Program-made: the position numbers and the translations under genes | The notes under the pieces: generated by a model | What the model saw: only the letters and a program-made list of their open reading frames with translations | Database searches by the model: none | What the model was told of the DNA's origin: nothing | Shown here: positions 12,876 to 26,072 of the stretch, piece after piece | How positions within the stretch are numbered: the stretch's first letter is position 1 | Layout: each line of letters begins with the position of its first letter | Assembly (NCBI GenBank): GCA_018398765.1 | Contig: JAHBMJ010000413.1 | Span: forward strand, 1 to 48,197 | Origin: Chromera velia | Taxonomy: Eukaryota | Length of the DNA: 48,197 nt | Direction: 5' to 3'

Positions 12876-15800
12876 TCAGCGTCTCTGCTTGACTTCACGT
12901 AAAGCAATATTCATTGCAGGCTCTCTTTGCAAGTCAGACAAGCTTGCGTCTGGCGGAGGGACAACGGTCTTGCTCAGGCTCAGCTGTCGCGCCAACCGCC
13001 AGTGTCTCCTTTTGACTTTATTGCGGCTCCACAAGACGATGATGAGCGAGGTGATCAAAAGAAGCACAAAGACGAACCAGCCGAGAAAAACGAGGCACGC
13101 GTCAAACCAGGTCCGGGCTGCAGTATGCGATTGACAGAGAGATACAGAATCAGCCGGAGGGAACATGGGCAACTTTCATTTCTTTCGTTCGTTCATTCAT
13201 TCATGTCGTTTTGATTTTGGAGGGATACGAATCCTCACTGCCGAAAGGAAGAGCTGACCCACCGCATCTCACGTCGGCCACTCTGAGGCTGTATTCATCC
13301 GTCCCGTTCAGATGCGGATCCGCGCAGGTTGCTCCTGTGGGCGCCCCGACAAATGCTTGTCGTCCTGAAGCCACCCAGAGGACGCCCTTTTCCTTGCACT
13401 CAAACGAGAGTGTGTCGTTGATGCCTATCCCCTTCGGATTGTCGGGGTCCCATTCTTTCCACTCATCTCTCTCATCGAACCACTCTCGAGAGGGTGCCCG
13501 AAAGACGCTGTCCGTGTAGACGGGATAGGGCCCCACCGGGATCCCTTTGCCCTACCATTGGTCCGGGACACAGCACCCTCCTTCACACAGACAGAAGAGA
13601 GAGGGGGGGTGGAGGGGAAGGAAAAACAAACGAAATGTGCAGAAACATCCCGGAGTTGAGGAAAACGAAAAAGGAGGGAAGAGGAGAACGAATGCAAGAA
13701 CGAATGAACGGACCGGAGAATGAAGGAATGAAAAAAGGAATGAACGAACGAACGAACAAACAAAAACGAATGAACAAACGAATGAATGGATGGACGAATA
13801 AGTGAATGCCTGAACGAGAAAGTGGTACCGGTTGAAAAAGTCCAAGACGGCCCCCACACGCTTCTCTCTTTTGCTGCCTCCTCAATACACAATCAATTAT
13901 CATTCAGGCACGCTGATAAGACTGACTGCACAAGACTGTTGTCGACAGGTTGAAGGCCGCGTACTGCTTCTCTCTCCCTTGCGCGTCACTCCACCACTGA
14001 CACTCCACTCCTGCAGCTGCGCGATCTCTCTCTTCATCATCGCCGGACCTCGCCACGAGAATCCCGGAACGACACACAGTTCTGACTCTGTCGCCTACCG
14101 CCACGGCAAATCTTCCCACTTCGGCACTCCACTTGTCCTCCGATTCTCCCAATCTGTTCACCTCCACTGCTAGGTGCAGAAATGGAGCCTTGAGAAACGG
14201 GTTGTTCCACGATGTCGGCAACGTACACCCTTCTGCACGTGAACTTGCACACAGACAGGCATCTGTCTAAAATCGTGCGGCCGACGTGATGCAAGCAACT
14301 ACACTTGCAGATCTTTTCAGTTTGACAGGCGATGGATGAAAGAATGCCTCTGCGAATGATCTAAGAGACAAAATGAGCTTTCTGCGAGAAGAAGTCGAAA
14401 ATGGGATTTACGAATCAGGCTATTTGTGTGACCACTGCAGCCGACCCAAAAAAAAAAAAGAAAGAAAGAAAGAAAGAAGGGTGCCCCGCCTCGTCAGAAT
14501 ACGAAAAGAAATCCCTTCCCCGTAATGAAATACTAAAACCAGGCATCCCCTGTTCCGAAGAGTTCCAGTTTGACTTTTTGTTTTCTGCATGCCCTCTGTC
14601 CGGAATGCAAGCACCTAGAGCTGACCGCATTTGACGTCCGACGCAAAGGTAGGCCGAGGCCCGTTTCCGCGTGTACAGATTGTGCTGTCATGCGACAGGA
14701 TACCCCTCTCGCACTGGAATCGTACCCGTGTCCCCAACCGGACTGTTTGTTGATTTGATTGGATCGGGAGCCAGGGATCTCCAGCTTTGAGTTGTTGCTC
14801 GGTGACCCTTAGTGGAAGGCCTTCTGTGTCTGCGTGTGCTTCTGCCGAGAGCCACTGTGGGGGGATCTCACAACCATCTGCATGTAAGTAGATGTTTCAC
14901 AGATAGACACAGAAGGGGAGGGAGTAAAAGTGCGTGAGGAATCACCTTCTGCCAACAACACCTTTGCACTGGCAAAGAGACCTTTTGGCTAACAAAAGAA
15001 AACAATCACACGACGTCGACGCTGTCTGATCGATCGCACATTCGCTGACTCCTCAAAAGTCCCTCTACCAGCAGACAATTCATAGAACGAAAAAAGGGAT
15101 GAGAAGTAGCCATCTCCGCGAAAAACAGTTAGGAACCCTTTGCGAACAATGGAAAGCACTGACGACTCTTTGCTTTTGTGCCAAATTTTCTGATAACTGC
15201 CCCTGATGACTGATTGCTCTTGACGGTTGACCTATCTAGTGGTCACTGTTGAAGGCAGAAAGGTACACGGTCCCTGTCCGATCGTGACATTGATACAGGC
15301 GTCTGATCCCTGCAGAGCCTTTGACGGGAACAAAAACCCCTCAGTCACTCCTTCTGACTGATTGACTGACTGCATTCGACTTTGTCCAATGGAATGTCAA
15401 ATTCTCCCTCTTCCTCTCCCTCCAACATCGTCTCCCGTCCTTCCGCGTGTGTCCTCGTCCTCTTTCTACAAACGGCCCCCCCTTGACTTCTCACAGACGA
15501 AGGAGCAAGAAGACCGCCCTCACACTCAAACTTCACTGTGTCCCCCTCCTCTGCCCACTCCTTGGGGTACACCCTGAAGGGCCGGTCTCCGACCTTGTCA
15601 ATGAATTCTTCTGCCTTCTCAATGCGCAGAGCCGTCAGCGGTAAGCTCGAAGAAGAGGAACTGGCAGGCAGCCTGAAGGGCCAGTTCCATACGGCAGCGT
15701 CGGGATTGAGTTTTGGGAGCTTGCACCATCTGCCTGCAGCAGCAACTCGGAAAGACAGGCAGAGAGGGAGGAAAAATTACAACTTGTTTGTCGAGAAGTG

Positions 15801-17427
15801 AGAGTACAGGCGGCAGAATCAGAGGAAGGGACGGGCAAATTCAAGCAAAAAGGCAAATGCGCTGCAAGATGCTGTGAGGGAGAGCCACAACGAGGGCCAG
15901 AGGTGAAGCAACAGAAAGCAAGGCACAGAAAGCGAGAGAGCATATGAAAGAAAAACGACTGCGGTAGGTAAGAGAAGGCCACGGCAGGAAGAAAAAAAAG
16001 TCTTCAAAAGGGCAATCGATCCAGCAGTGAAAGAAGAATAAAAAGTCTTCAAAAGGGCAATCGATCCAGCAGTGAAAGAAATAGAGAATGAATGGCACAC
16101 AAAGTCCATTTATTCAAAAACGAGATTGTCTTCCACGACATTCACACGGTCCTCTTATGTTGCGTCACACTCGCACCAGTTGCCCGGCCGTCATTTTCTT
16201 TTCAACATTCAACAGATTGGCTCACCTGGCGAAAGCGCTGGTGATCTCAATTGCGTTAGTTTCGAAACAACGTTACCCTCCGTCCTTCCCACCCCGAGTG
16301 CGCCTCTTATGTTACTCCCTGTCCCAACCAATCGTCCCTCTGTTGTCAGCACAATCGCACGGTTGCCAAAAACACAACTTTTCGGGAGGCTCTCTACCTT
16401 CCCTTGCAGACTCTCCACGACTTGCGTTTTCTCATCAAGTTTTACTGTATCACCGTCAAAAAACGAAATTGTTTCTCGGGAATTCATAAATTTCTCGACA
16501 AATGGCACATTCGTGTTTCTGAGTATTCTCAAACTTTTGTCTGACATCAGAACGAGAGCGTGGTTCTTTCCAACAACCACATCTTCCACATCCACCCCAC
16601 CTTCCCCATTGACAGTTCCAGGATTGTCCATCAACAATTTGAATTCAGTCCAAGAAGCCTTCTCTTGTCCTATTTCCTCAAGACTCCCCATACCGTAAAG
16701 GCGCTTTCGAGTGTCTTGCGGATCTTCCAATACAACCAAGGTCAGGTACTTGTGATCCCATGCCGCCAAATCTATCGGAGCATTCCCGCCAAGAGAGGCA
16801 CTCACCACCCTGTGGTTTGCAAGGTGTTCAGGAAGTTTTATTGCATGCGAGGTAGGGTCTTCGTTGAACATCCCTGTGTGGTGCCCCTTGCCGAAGTGCT
16901 TCCCGCACATGTACACAGTCCCAGGGGTCTCTGTGATAACTAGCATCCGATTCCGAAACCCTGCCACCTTCACGACTTTATTCCTCCCGCCGTTGTCCTC
17001 CTCTGTCCCTCCAAATTGACTCGGGGGGACCATCGTCGGTTCTGAAACGGCTTTCGGCCACTGTCCCAACGTGCTTATGTGGGACAGACACAGAACGCCT
17101 TCAGGGTTCCTCCCCCATGTGTACAAAAGACCTTCAGCTGTCCATGCAGCACTGCGGGAAAAGAACGGACACAATGACAGACGGATGCAGAAGCGAGGAG
17201 CGTCCTCCAATGAGCAAATGTCTCATGTTCTCTGGAAACACACAAAAGCTTGGAGAGGTCTTGAATGATTTTCACATGGCCACTGAATGGATTGCGACTG
17301 CCCACACATCCGACAAAGAGAAGAAAGTACAGACAGGAAAGGAGACAGTCACGTTCACAAGGGGTGCTGACGGGACTGCCAGGGACCCGCCCAAGAGAGG
17401 CATTGAAATGCAGGAGAGGCTTCTCAG

Positions 17428-17499
<72 letters not shown>

Positions 17500-17911
17500 G
17501 TGCCTACATACCTGAATTCGTCACCGCACGCAACCCCGACAACTCTGGAGTCCCACCCTCCTTTCGGATGTATTTCTGATGGAGTGGTTGCCTCTCTGTC
17601 TCCCTCCTCCCCGTATTGCTTTCCGAATCCCAAAACTCTCCCGTCATCCAAAAGGACAACCGAGTGGGCCCTTCCGGCACACGCGTCCACCACAATCATC
17701 CCGGCCATCCCTGGCACCTCTGTCGGTTGCCATCTGTGGGGCCCCGGGTGCCGATCGTAATTTTCCTTCTCTTTCTCACGATTTTCTGTTGAACCATCCA
17801 GGCCCAATGCCCCAAAGCTTCCCGATCCAAAAACTAGAAGACGACCCCCAGAGACGACCAGTGAATGGTCAAGACCGAGGGCAATTCTGGAAATCTTTCG
17901 GGGCCACCCAT
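12876..17911 (-). CDS. Predicted single-pass membrane protein: RCC1-like repeats + 4 Sushi/CCP-like modules + TM + basic tail; 5' end unresolved; in-frame TAG at 13552-13554
   Basis: Exons 17911-17512, 17151-16226, 15733-15371, 14877-14626, 14232-13927, 13580-13263, 13117-12876 are phase-consistent. RCC1 motifs: IALGLDHSLVV..GRLLVFGSGSFGALG, DACAGRAHSVVLLDDGRVLGFG, VACGDEFSAAWTAEGLLYTWGRN. Four modules with C-x2-P...C...C...C (e.g. CEIPP...GTRVRFQCERG...TIC...VKC). Hydrophobic LVFLGWFVFVLLLITSLIIVLW is followed by RNKVKRR. Confidence 0.8.
15996..16080. repeat. Intronic tandem duplication, 45-bp period, 2 copies
   Basis: AAAAGTCTTCAAAAGGGCAATCGATCCAGCAGTGAAAGAA occurs twice in tandem. Confidence 0.9.
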
Positions 17912-20456
17912 CTGCACGTAGAGAAAGATATGAAAAGCCATCCAGCTGTAGGAAAGAAGTTCAGGGGCACTCGATTGTCGCTCCATCTGCTTTCTCACAT
18001 GCTTAGGCACGGCCTCTCTATCAGTCTTTATCCATCTGAGCTGCTGCGAGGCTGTGCATGCCCACACCCACCACGATACCCTGTAGCCTTTGTCTCATTC
18101 GCCTGCCTTTTCCCGTCTGCATGCGGAACTGCTGCTCTGCCTTGGAATCGTTGGCTGTCTGTCCATCCAGTGGAGAGACCGCTTGTTCAGATGCCACCTC
18201 ATACAACATTGTATATACTCCTGATTGTCAGTCTGTTTTCCACATTTTCAGTTTCCTGCGTTGTTGCATGTACATATATATCCATACAGCTTCCCTTGCA
18301 TGTGCCTGCTCCCTTAATCATGTTATTTTCGCCTTTCGTTTGCCTGTATGAGGGCAGCTACGCCCTTTCAGACAGTCAGCAACTCATGAAGTCAGGCAAT
18401 TCTGCTCTACACGCAATTGTGTATGCAGTCTTTCAACCTATCAATTCATCCTGCGCATGCAATTGAATTTTGCATGCAGCTGACCAAAAGATTCAAAATT
18501 TGTAGAGAGGGGCGTCTTTAGCTCTCGAGTCATTTCTTGTTTTGTGTTCTTTCCTGTGGTGTCCGACGGGCCTGCTTTCCTCTGTCTTTTCTTCAGATCA
18601 GTGGATGACTCTCCCGGTTGCAAAAGTCCTCCATCGAATTGTGATGTCAACAAGTTCAGCTTTCTACAACCTCAGCCTGAACGCAGAACAGGTAGAACCA
18701 GAAAGAAATCGGGTATCTACACGAGTCTTTGGAAATGGCAGAGAATTTATCTAGGTGAGAGAAGGGGGCATCATGAGGGTGGAGCATTCGAGAAGCTGGA
18801 TACATATATATACATACATACAGACCTTTTGGGAGACGTCTTTCAATCGATCTGTCAGACAGTCTATCCCCCGAGTTGGCAGCAGTCTCTTTGACCTCTT
18901 TGCAGCGCGGTTTATTGATTCACCAGTGTCGCAGCAGTTTGCTGTGTAGAGTGTCTGTTGCTGTCTTCCTCGTTTCTTATGCAGTTGTCATGGTATATGT
19001 TGCTTCATGTTTCAGATGAAGCACATCGATGGTGTTGAAAATGCATGCATGCGTGCATGGGTGGACTCTTGTTGCGTGCGAATATACACCATGCATGCAG
19101 TCATACATCTGACGCACGCAAGCGTGCGAACGGCCCCGGAAAGCCCTGATAATTTGTGAGCATATACAAAGGTTTGTATGAGTCCCGAGGACTTGTATAA
19201 AGTTTTGTATGCACCAAGCACGGGATCATCCGAGCCCGGTACAAATTTTTTGAGTGCCCCACGCTACGCTTTCCGGGGCCACCAGTCTGGGCTGGGGGCC
19301 CATGCACACCGCCCCAGGCCGCATGCAGGCCCATGCACGCAGCGGCAGCCTGGCACCACACCGACCTGCACTTACCTGCACTACTGTATTCCTACATTGG
19401 CTCAAAAAAGTTGTACTTGAAATTATAATCCGGTCGAACAACGGCTACAGCATGAAGAATAGATAATAACGCTCAAAGGGGCTAAGGCTAAATGTTAGTA
19501 AGATATAATTATACTTAATACGACTTTTCTTCACTTTCTTACTCACTTGTTCGGACATACGACTTTTCAGCGGGCCGCGGGCCCTCGGCGGATGCCAACT
19601 CCTCTGTAAATTAGCAAACACTGCAAGTATGATAATTTTAAATATTATGTGATATAATATAATAAAAAAAGAACTTAACAGGTTCCGTGTTAAAAAGGAA
19701 AACAGATTGGCTACTGTTTTTTGATTGTTTTCATTGCTCCAAGTAAAAAAAAATAATTCACTGCATCAATCAATCAATCCCCCCCCCACCCCCATAAAAA
19801 AACAAAATGACAACAGTGTTTTTTATTTATTTTAACTTGAAACATTCCTCATGATGCAATATACAAAAATATTCTATTGAATAAATATATTTATTATCAA
19901 GAGACAATGTGTTGTTGGCTCTGTGCATTACATCATGAATTCGTGGTATAAATAATTGGCCAGGATCGACCGGACTCAACATGGCTGCAATCTACTTCCT
20001 GAACGGCAGAGTTTGTGCAAGTACTCCGGAACACTCCTGGCCTGTGGCTTTCCACTGAAGTCACATAACCCTCCCCCAGAAACAATCACGATCCATTGAA
20101 CCCCTTGTTAGACTTTCACAAGCCCCAACTATCATCCTCTGAGGCCCCCCTCCCTGATCAATTCTGTCACACCCCGCATCGTACCAAAATGTTGCCCTCA
20201 TGTATCATGAAATGGTATCAAAAGTCATCAGGCATTGTATGTCTTTTCCAGTGCTGAGGATCTTTTTCAGCACTGGTCTGTCAGGAAGACTCAAGGGGGA
20301 AAAGCGCAAAACACACAACCTGCACAACTGAGAGAGGAAAAGTGCACCAGAAAGAAAGGAAAGAGACGCCCAGTTCAGTATCCAGGCAGCTAGCACTACC
20401 TGGCCTTGCCCCTCTTCCTCCCTCGCACCGGCCCCCCAAGAACCTATCGTTCCTTT

Positions 20457-22825
20457 TCATTGCCCTCCCGCCCCCCCCCCTCCTCCAGCCCCCCCTGCCG
20501 CTGCCGCTCCCCCTGCAGGAGGCGCCTGCTCTGCCGGACGCTCATCCTCGTCCAGCAGCCGCGAGTAGTCCATCCTCCAAGTTACCCCATTCCCCAGAGG
20601 CCTCGACGAGACGGGATGGAAGGGGACCCACCTGAAGACAAGAGGAAAGCAGATGATTGAGTCAATGCATTCATTCGTTCCCCCGTCGCTCATTGAAAGA
20701 AAAGTTGAAAGAGAAGGAAAGGGGCAGAGAGGGCGAAAGAAAGCTAGAAAGAGCGGGAAAGAACGCACACCCGCGCACACCCACGCACAAAGAAAGAGAG
20801 ACAGAGAGGAACAGAGGGAAGAAGAAAGCAAGAGAGGGGGGGAGGAGCAGAGAGAGGAAGCATGGAAAGAAAAACGAGAGGCCGGAGGGACGGAAGAAAT
20901 GGAAGGAAGGAAGGAAGCTCAAAGAAAGGAACCAACAGCGAAAAGGGGAATCAGACTCCCGATTTCAAGGACGACGAAAGAAAATGCCTGTGTGAAAAAA
21001 TCGGCACGCATGGTCACTCCAACCGTGAGTGAGCACCGGCCAAGGGGGCATCTTCTGATTTGATCGACAGCTTTTGTCTCTTGTTGCTTGTCGAAGCATC
21101 CACAAGAACGCACGCTAGGCAGGCTTTGTGACTGACTGACCACCAGAGTTTATTTACACCCATCACCTGCTGCCAGTTCCTCTCTTTTCCCAAATCGAAT
21201 TTGGATACTCCGTTCTCGTCTATGGTGGTCTCGTGCTGATGACCTGCGATCGAGGAGAGAGGGAGGGAGGGACAAAAGGGACAGACCAACGACGTCAGAG
21301 AGTTCATGACACATCCAAGTCAAGTGAAGGAAAGTGAGCCGCAGGAGACGACAAAAAGGGCAGAAGAGGAAACCAACACATGCGTCAATATGTCATTTCG
21401 GGGGCTGATCGCGAAGCCTCTACTCCCTCTGTCTGTCTCCCTGCCTGCCTGCCAGCCCGATTGAAAGCCAGTCTATCTATGTCTGCCTGTCTGCTGACAG
21501 ACGAGTCGCATTGTCTCTGTGCGGTTCATCATTGTCTCTGTGCAGTCCTTTCCATTTTCGTCACGCGCTCGCATTCTCTCTTCCAGCTGCGCCCTCTCTC
21601 TTCCCTCTCTTTGACGTCCCGCCGAAAGCAAGCAAAGGTGTGCGTGCTAAGGGACACAAGGCGATGTACACACAAGACAAAAATGGAAAGAAATTACAGG
21701 CAGACCTGCGTTCCTCCCTCCCCTTTCCCGGAGCTGACCTGAGTTCGGATTTGTCCTGTCCATGTTTTCGATGGTCGTCAGGTTGCTGTCCATCAGGTCT
21801 AAATGGAAACGCGCGAAGAAGAAAATCGAGTACGTCACGTAAGTCAGAGCAGCCCCCCAGAGGAAGGATAAAATCAAATTCTGGTAATGCCAAACCCATG
21901 AACCCCATGAGCCGCAGCCATGCGAGGGACAGGCGGGATACACGACGTCAAACTGTGCCGCCCCCCCGACCGTTGCTCCCCATGCTCCCCCAATCCTAGG
22001 ATAACCGGAAACGGAAGCCGACACTCCCTCTAGAGAGTCAATAACGTTGACCTCATCTGACACCGCTGCTGCGGAAGGGATCTCAGATGCCTCCCCGACC
22101 TGCTCCCCTTCCGTCTGCGTGAATCCCCCGACTTCTTCTGACTGCCTCTCCTCAGCTTCAGTCGCTGAGGCCAGACTGAAGAGGAAATCGTCGGGCGACG
22201 GGGAGGGGGGGACTGCTCCTCTGAGTCGTCGCTTGATTGTGTGCTGCTGCTTGGCGATACCAAAGAAGTCATAAGGATTCGGTGGCGCCTTCAATTCAGG
22301 TTTGAATTCAGACGCTGCTCTCCAGGACTCCATCCCTATATGGAGAAAGACGTGGGATTGAAGGATCAACAGACAGATCATCCCGTAGGTGATGGTCAGC
22401 AGGAACGCTTTTCTGTTCCAGAAGCCAATACATGTGTTCAGCCAGGGACAGTGGTGATCCATATTCAGGACACACCTGTCGCATATAGAGCAGTGGTGTG
22501 TCCTGTCTGGCTTCCAAGTGTTGCACGATTTGCAGTACCTTCTTCGTTTTGGTTCGTCCCCCATGTAAAATCCCCAGTAGGGAGGCGTGCGCCCGGGGTC
22601 TTGGCACATGCAACTAATGACACTCCAGTTGAGCATAACAAAGAAGAAGATGAAAATTCCCAGCATGACATAGAAGACGGTTGTGCTTTTCGAGATGACC
22701 CCGATCTCGGGAAGGAAAACGAGACATCCGGAAACAAAAGCGACGTATGTTCCAATCACAAAACAGCTTGCAAGAATGACTCCATTGTCCTTGCTCACCT
22801 TCTCGCTGAAACAAGGGCACGACAT
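20457..22825 (-). CDS. DHHC-type protein S-acyltransferase (palmitoyltransferase), ~454 aa, 3 exons (22825-21739, 21243-21141, 20631-20457)
   Basis: DPG motif, CKSCNTWKPDRTHHCSICDRCVLNMDHHCPWLNTCIGFWNRKAF (DHHC-CRD), NLTTIE (TTxE), FDLGKERNWQQVMG (PaCCT) and four hydrophobic segments. Start taken at MSCPCFSEK. Confidence 0.93.
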
Positions 22826-23536
22826 CCTGACTTCTGTTTCAGAGAAGGCAAGGACAATAACAGGATAAAAAAGAACACCGAGGCTGTCAGGCAACAGCCA
22901 AAGGAAGACAGTCTGGAAGCTGTTGTGCTCTCTCGACAAACGGGCCAGATACAAAGGATGATCGGAACCTTTACATCCGACAATTTGTGCGCGGTAAATC
23001 GAACCAGCTGTGCGGAAGGGAATGCCTCTCAATGTTGAAGGAAAGTCGAGGAAACTCATGTGCTGAAAACTGGCACAAACAGTCTCACCAGTTAAGGCGC
23101 GCGGGCGGTTGGATACATGCACTGAGTACAATTAAGCACGAATCCCGCGCGCAGATTCGCCGCATGCATGAATGCAGAAATCTGCATGCCGTCTGCCGCG
23201 CGTGGCAGCAACTGCATGCATGCATGGTCGGACCCGCGCCCGCGTCAAGCCCCCGCCCGCGGTGCAACACGGCCGGCATCTTGAAAGAGACGGCTACACA
23301 AGCATACACAGGCAGACGGCCTTAGTAGCCGCCTAGTAAAAGGCAAAGATCATTGTCTTCAAGAACGTCATGAGCCGTCATGAGGTATATAGACGGTCGT
23401 CACACGACGACCTTGAACTCATGAGAACGTTGTTATCACTGTCAGTGAGTCTAACCGCTTGTGGCTTGAGAACTTGCGCAGGCAAGCTATTGTCTTACGG
23501 AGAGCGGAAGTCATGCAAGCTGTTCCTGTAACCTAA

Positions 23537-26023
23537 ATGTCCGAAATGATGTTTCTGGCTTTTCTTTTTGCTCTCTGCTGCAGTGGAACTGCAGCGAGAA
23601 ATTCGAACAACTCGACTCGGCCAAGTCGCTGGCCGGATCAGTTCTCTGTTCCCTTTAACGTGACCATCCCGAATTTCAAAGCAACAAAATTGCCGTCTCG
23701 ACTCTACTATGACTGGTCGGAAAAGAGACAAGTAGTTGTCCATGACAAGTGTCCGATTCTCCAGTTCACTTCGTGCAAAATCGTGTTCGACTCAACAGGG
23801 GTCAGTCGATTTGGCGTGGGCGCCTCTTTCGACGGCTTCGAACGGATGCATGCATGTTCTTGTCTCTAGTCTTTTCTCTTCTGCACATGCAAGGAACCAA
23901 CTATCTAACCGATCAGACTGAGTTTATTCAAACGTGTTCGATGCCAACTTCATTGTCGTGAGATTGTGCAGATGCACGTTGTCGACTCTCTCTTTCCCAG
24001 ATTGGGACAGTGGAGCCCCAGGGTTTGCTGTAAGCTCAGCAACCTCGGCACGCTTCGTCCAGATCTCTTTTCCAGCTTTGCGTTCTCGGAGGGGGAGACG
24101 GAAGTGGAAGGACGTTCTGTGGAGAAGTGGAATCTGTTCAACCATGGGTGCGTTTGTGTTTTTTTGTGTGTCTTTTGTGCTTATTGTCCTGGCGTTTTTG
24201 GTTCGTGTTCATACAAGAGCTCTCAGCTGACTTGGCTGTTCTTGGGCTTCTCCCGGCCTCCCATGCTCCCTCCCTTCCGATCTGCCGCGTTGAATCTTCC
24301 CCAGGCTGATTCAAAAATTCAATCGGCTCATATTTGTGTTGTCCTTCAAAAGCCTCGTTGTGGGCCTTCCTGCGTATGGGTGCGTCTCTTTTTTATGCTG
24401 GAATATCTGTGTGCCTGGCTGCCTAACTAACTACAAACGCTTCTTCTTACTTCAGTCCTTCCTTCTTTCCTTCCCTTCCCTTCAGTTTCTACTACCTAGA
24501 CTCCGAGACAGGGGAGCCCGTCAGATTTGAAGCCGAGTTTCCGCAACCTGCAGGTGCGTCTGTCTGTCTGTCTGTCTGTCTGTCTGTTCATGAAGAAAAG
24601 GAGGGAGAAGAAGAAGAAACATGTAGTCTGTCTGTCTGCACCGAACAGAAGAGAACGAGCCAGAGCCAGATGCAGCCGCCGCGCCCGATCCCATGCCAGC
24701 CCCCGTCTCCGCCCCAGCCGCAGCACTCAATTCCGCCTCGGCTTCTGCTTCTGCTTCTAGCGACATCCCCCACCGAGCTTCCACGAATGACCAAGAGCAT
24801 CAAAACCCGTCCCCTTCAGAACAGGAATCCTGAGAGAGAGAAGAGGTTCTGGAGAAGGTTTTCGGCCCCACCAGCACCGTCGCTCTTTCGGTATGGGACT
24901 TTGAGAGTTTCGTTACCGCCGAAAGAGTCCTCCCGCAAGATACGAAGACACAGCATCAGAAGAATCCCCCTCCGCAGGGACGCCCCCCCACCCCCCCACC
25001 CCTGTCTAAAGACCATGACGGTGCCGGTCCCCGCGTGCAGTTCTGTTTCTTTTTTCTTTTTTTGTTTTTTGTTTTTTGGATTTTTTGTCTTGTCTTCTTT
25101 TCTTCTCTTTCTTGTATTGAGTGGAAGCAGCAGAGGAGTAGCGTGTGAAACCAGTGATCACGTGAAAGTCTGTCGGGAGGTGGAGAGGCAAGGGGCGCTT
25201 AACCCTCACCTTTCGGGCCCCCTGCCCACTCTGTCTGAGTTGTCGTGATGTTCTTTTGTCTTTGTTCTTTCTTTCTTTTTGTCTGTTGTGATCATGAAGA
25301 AAAGAAGGGAGAAGAAGAAACATATAGTCTGTCTGTCTGTCTGTCTCTCTGTCTGTCTGGTGATCACGTGACTGTCTGTCGGGAGGTGGAGAGGCAAGGG
25401 GCGCTTAACCCTCACCTTTCGGGCCCCCTGCCCACTCTGTCTGAGTTGTCGTGATGTTCTTTTGCCTTTGTTGCTTTCTTTCTTCTTATCTCTTGTGTTC
25501 ATGAAGAAAAGAAGGGAGGAGAAGAAACATATAGTCTGTCTGTCTGTCGTGTGACGAAATCCTCCTGGTTATTTTCGAATAGCCTGTTGTCTTTTCTCGT
25601 TTCCTCAAAGGAGGCATTTCCATGCAGGTCCTTATACCTGTGAGCAGTCACACACACACACACACACTCATACATGTACGCACACGCAATCTTTCCATCT
25701 GGGCGGGCGGTCAAAAGAAGAGATCCAACCAGAAGAGAGGGTTTTACTGTGCCTTCACATGAAAAAGGGAACCCCAGAAGAAGAGAGACGCGAGGGCTGA
25801 AATCGAACTCCGTTACCGGCGCTACGTCGTGACAGACCCTAAGCAAAAGGAATTGAAAAGAAACGAACTCGTTCAGATGGAAAGAATGTAGATGTGCAAG
25901 AGGGCAACCCTGCACTGGGCAGTGAAGGGCCGCAGGGTACCCTCAAGGCCTGGAGCTCTGGTACCCCTCCACTGAGAGAGCGCCAAAAGAAAAGAAGAAA
26001 ACAGAAGAGAATGAAAGGAAGGT

Positions 26024-26072
<49 letters not shown>

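Noticed and set aside
17912..19100. Candidate first exons or signal peptide for the RCC1-Sushi gene (phase-1 donors near 18080 and 18485)
   Set aside because: No convincing start plus signal peptide could be assembled, so the 5' end is left unresolved.
22826..23131. N-terminal extension of the DHHC ORF
   Set aside because: It lies before the region resembling DHHC proteins and is probably 5' UTR; the true start needs transcript data.
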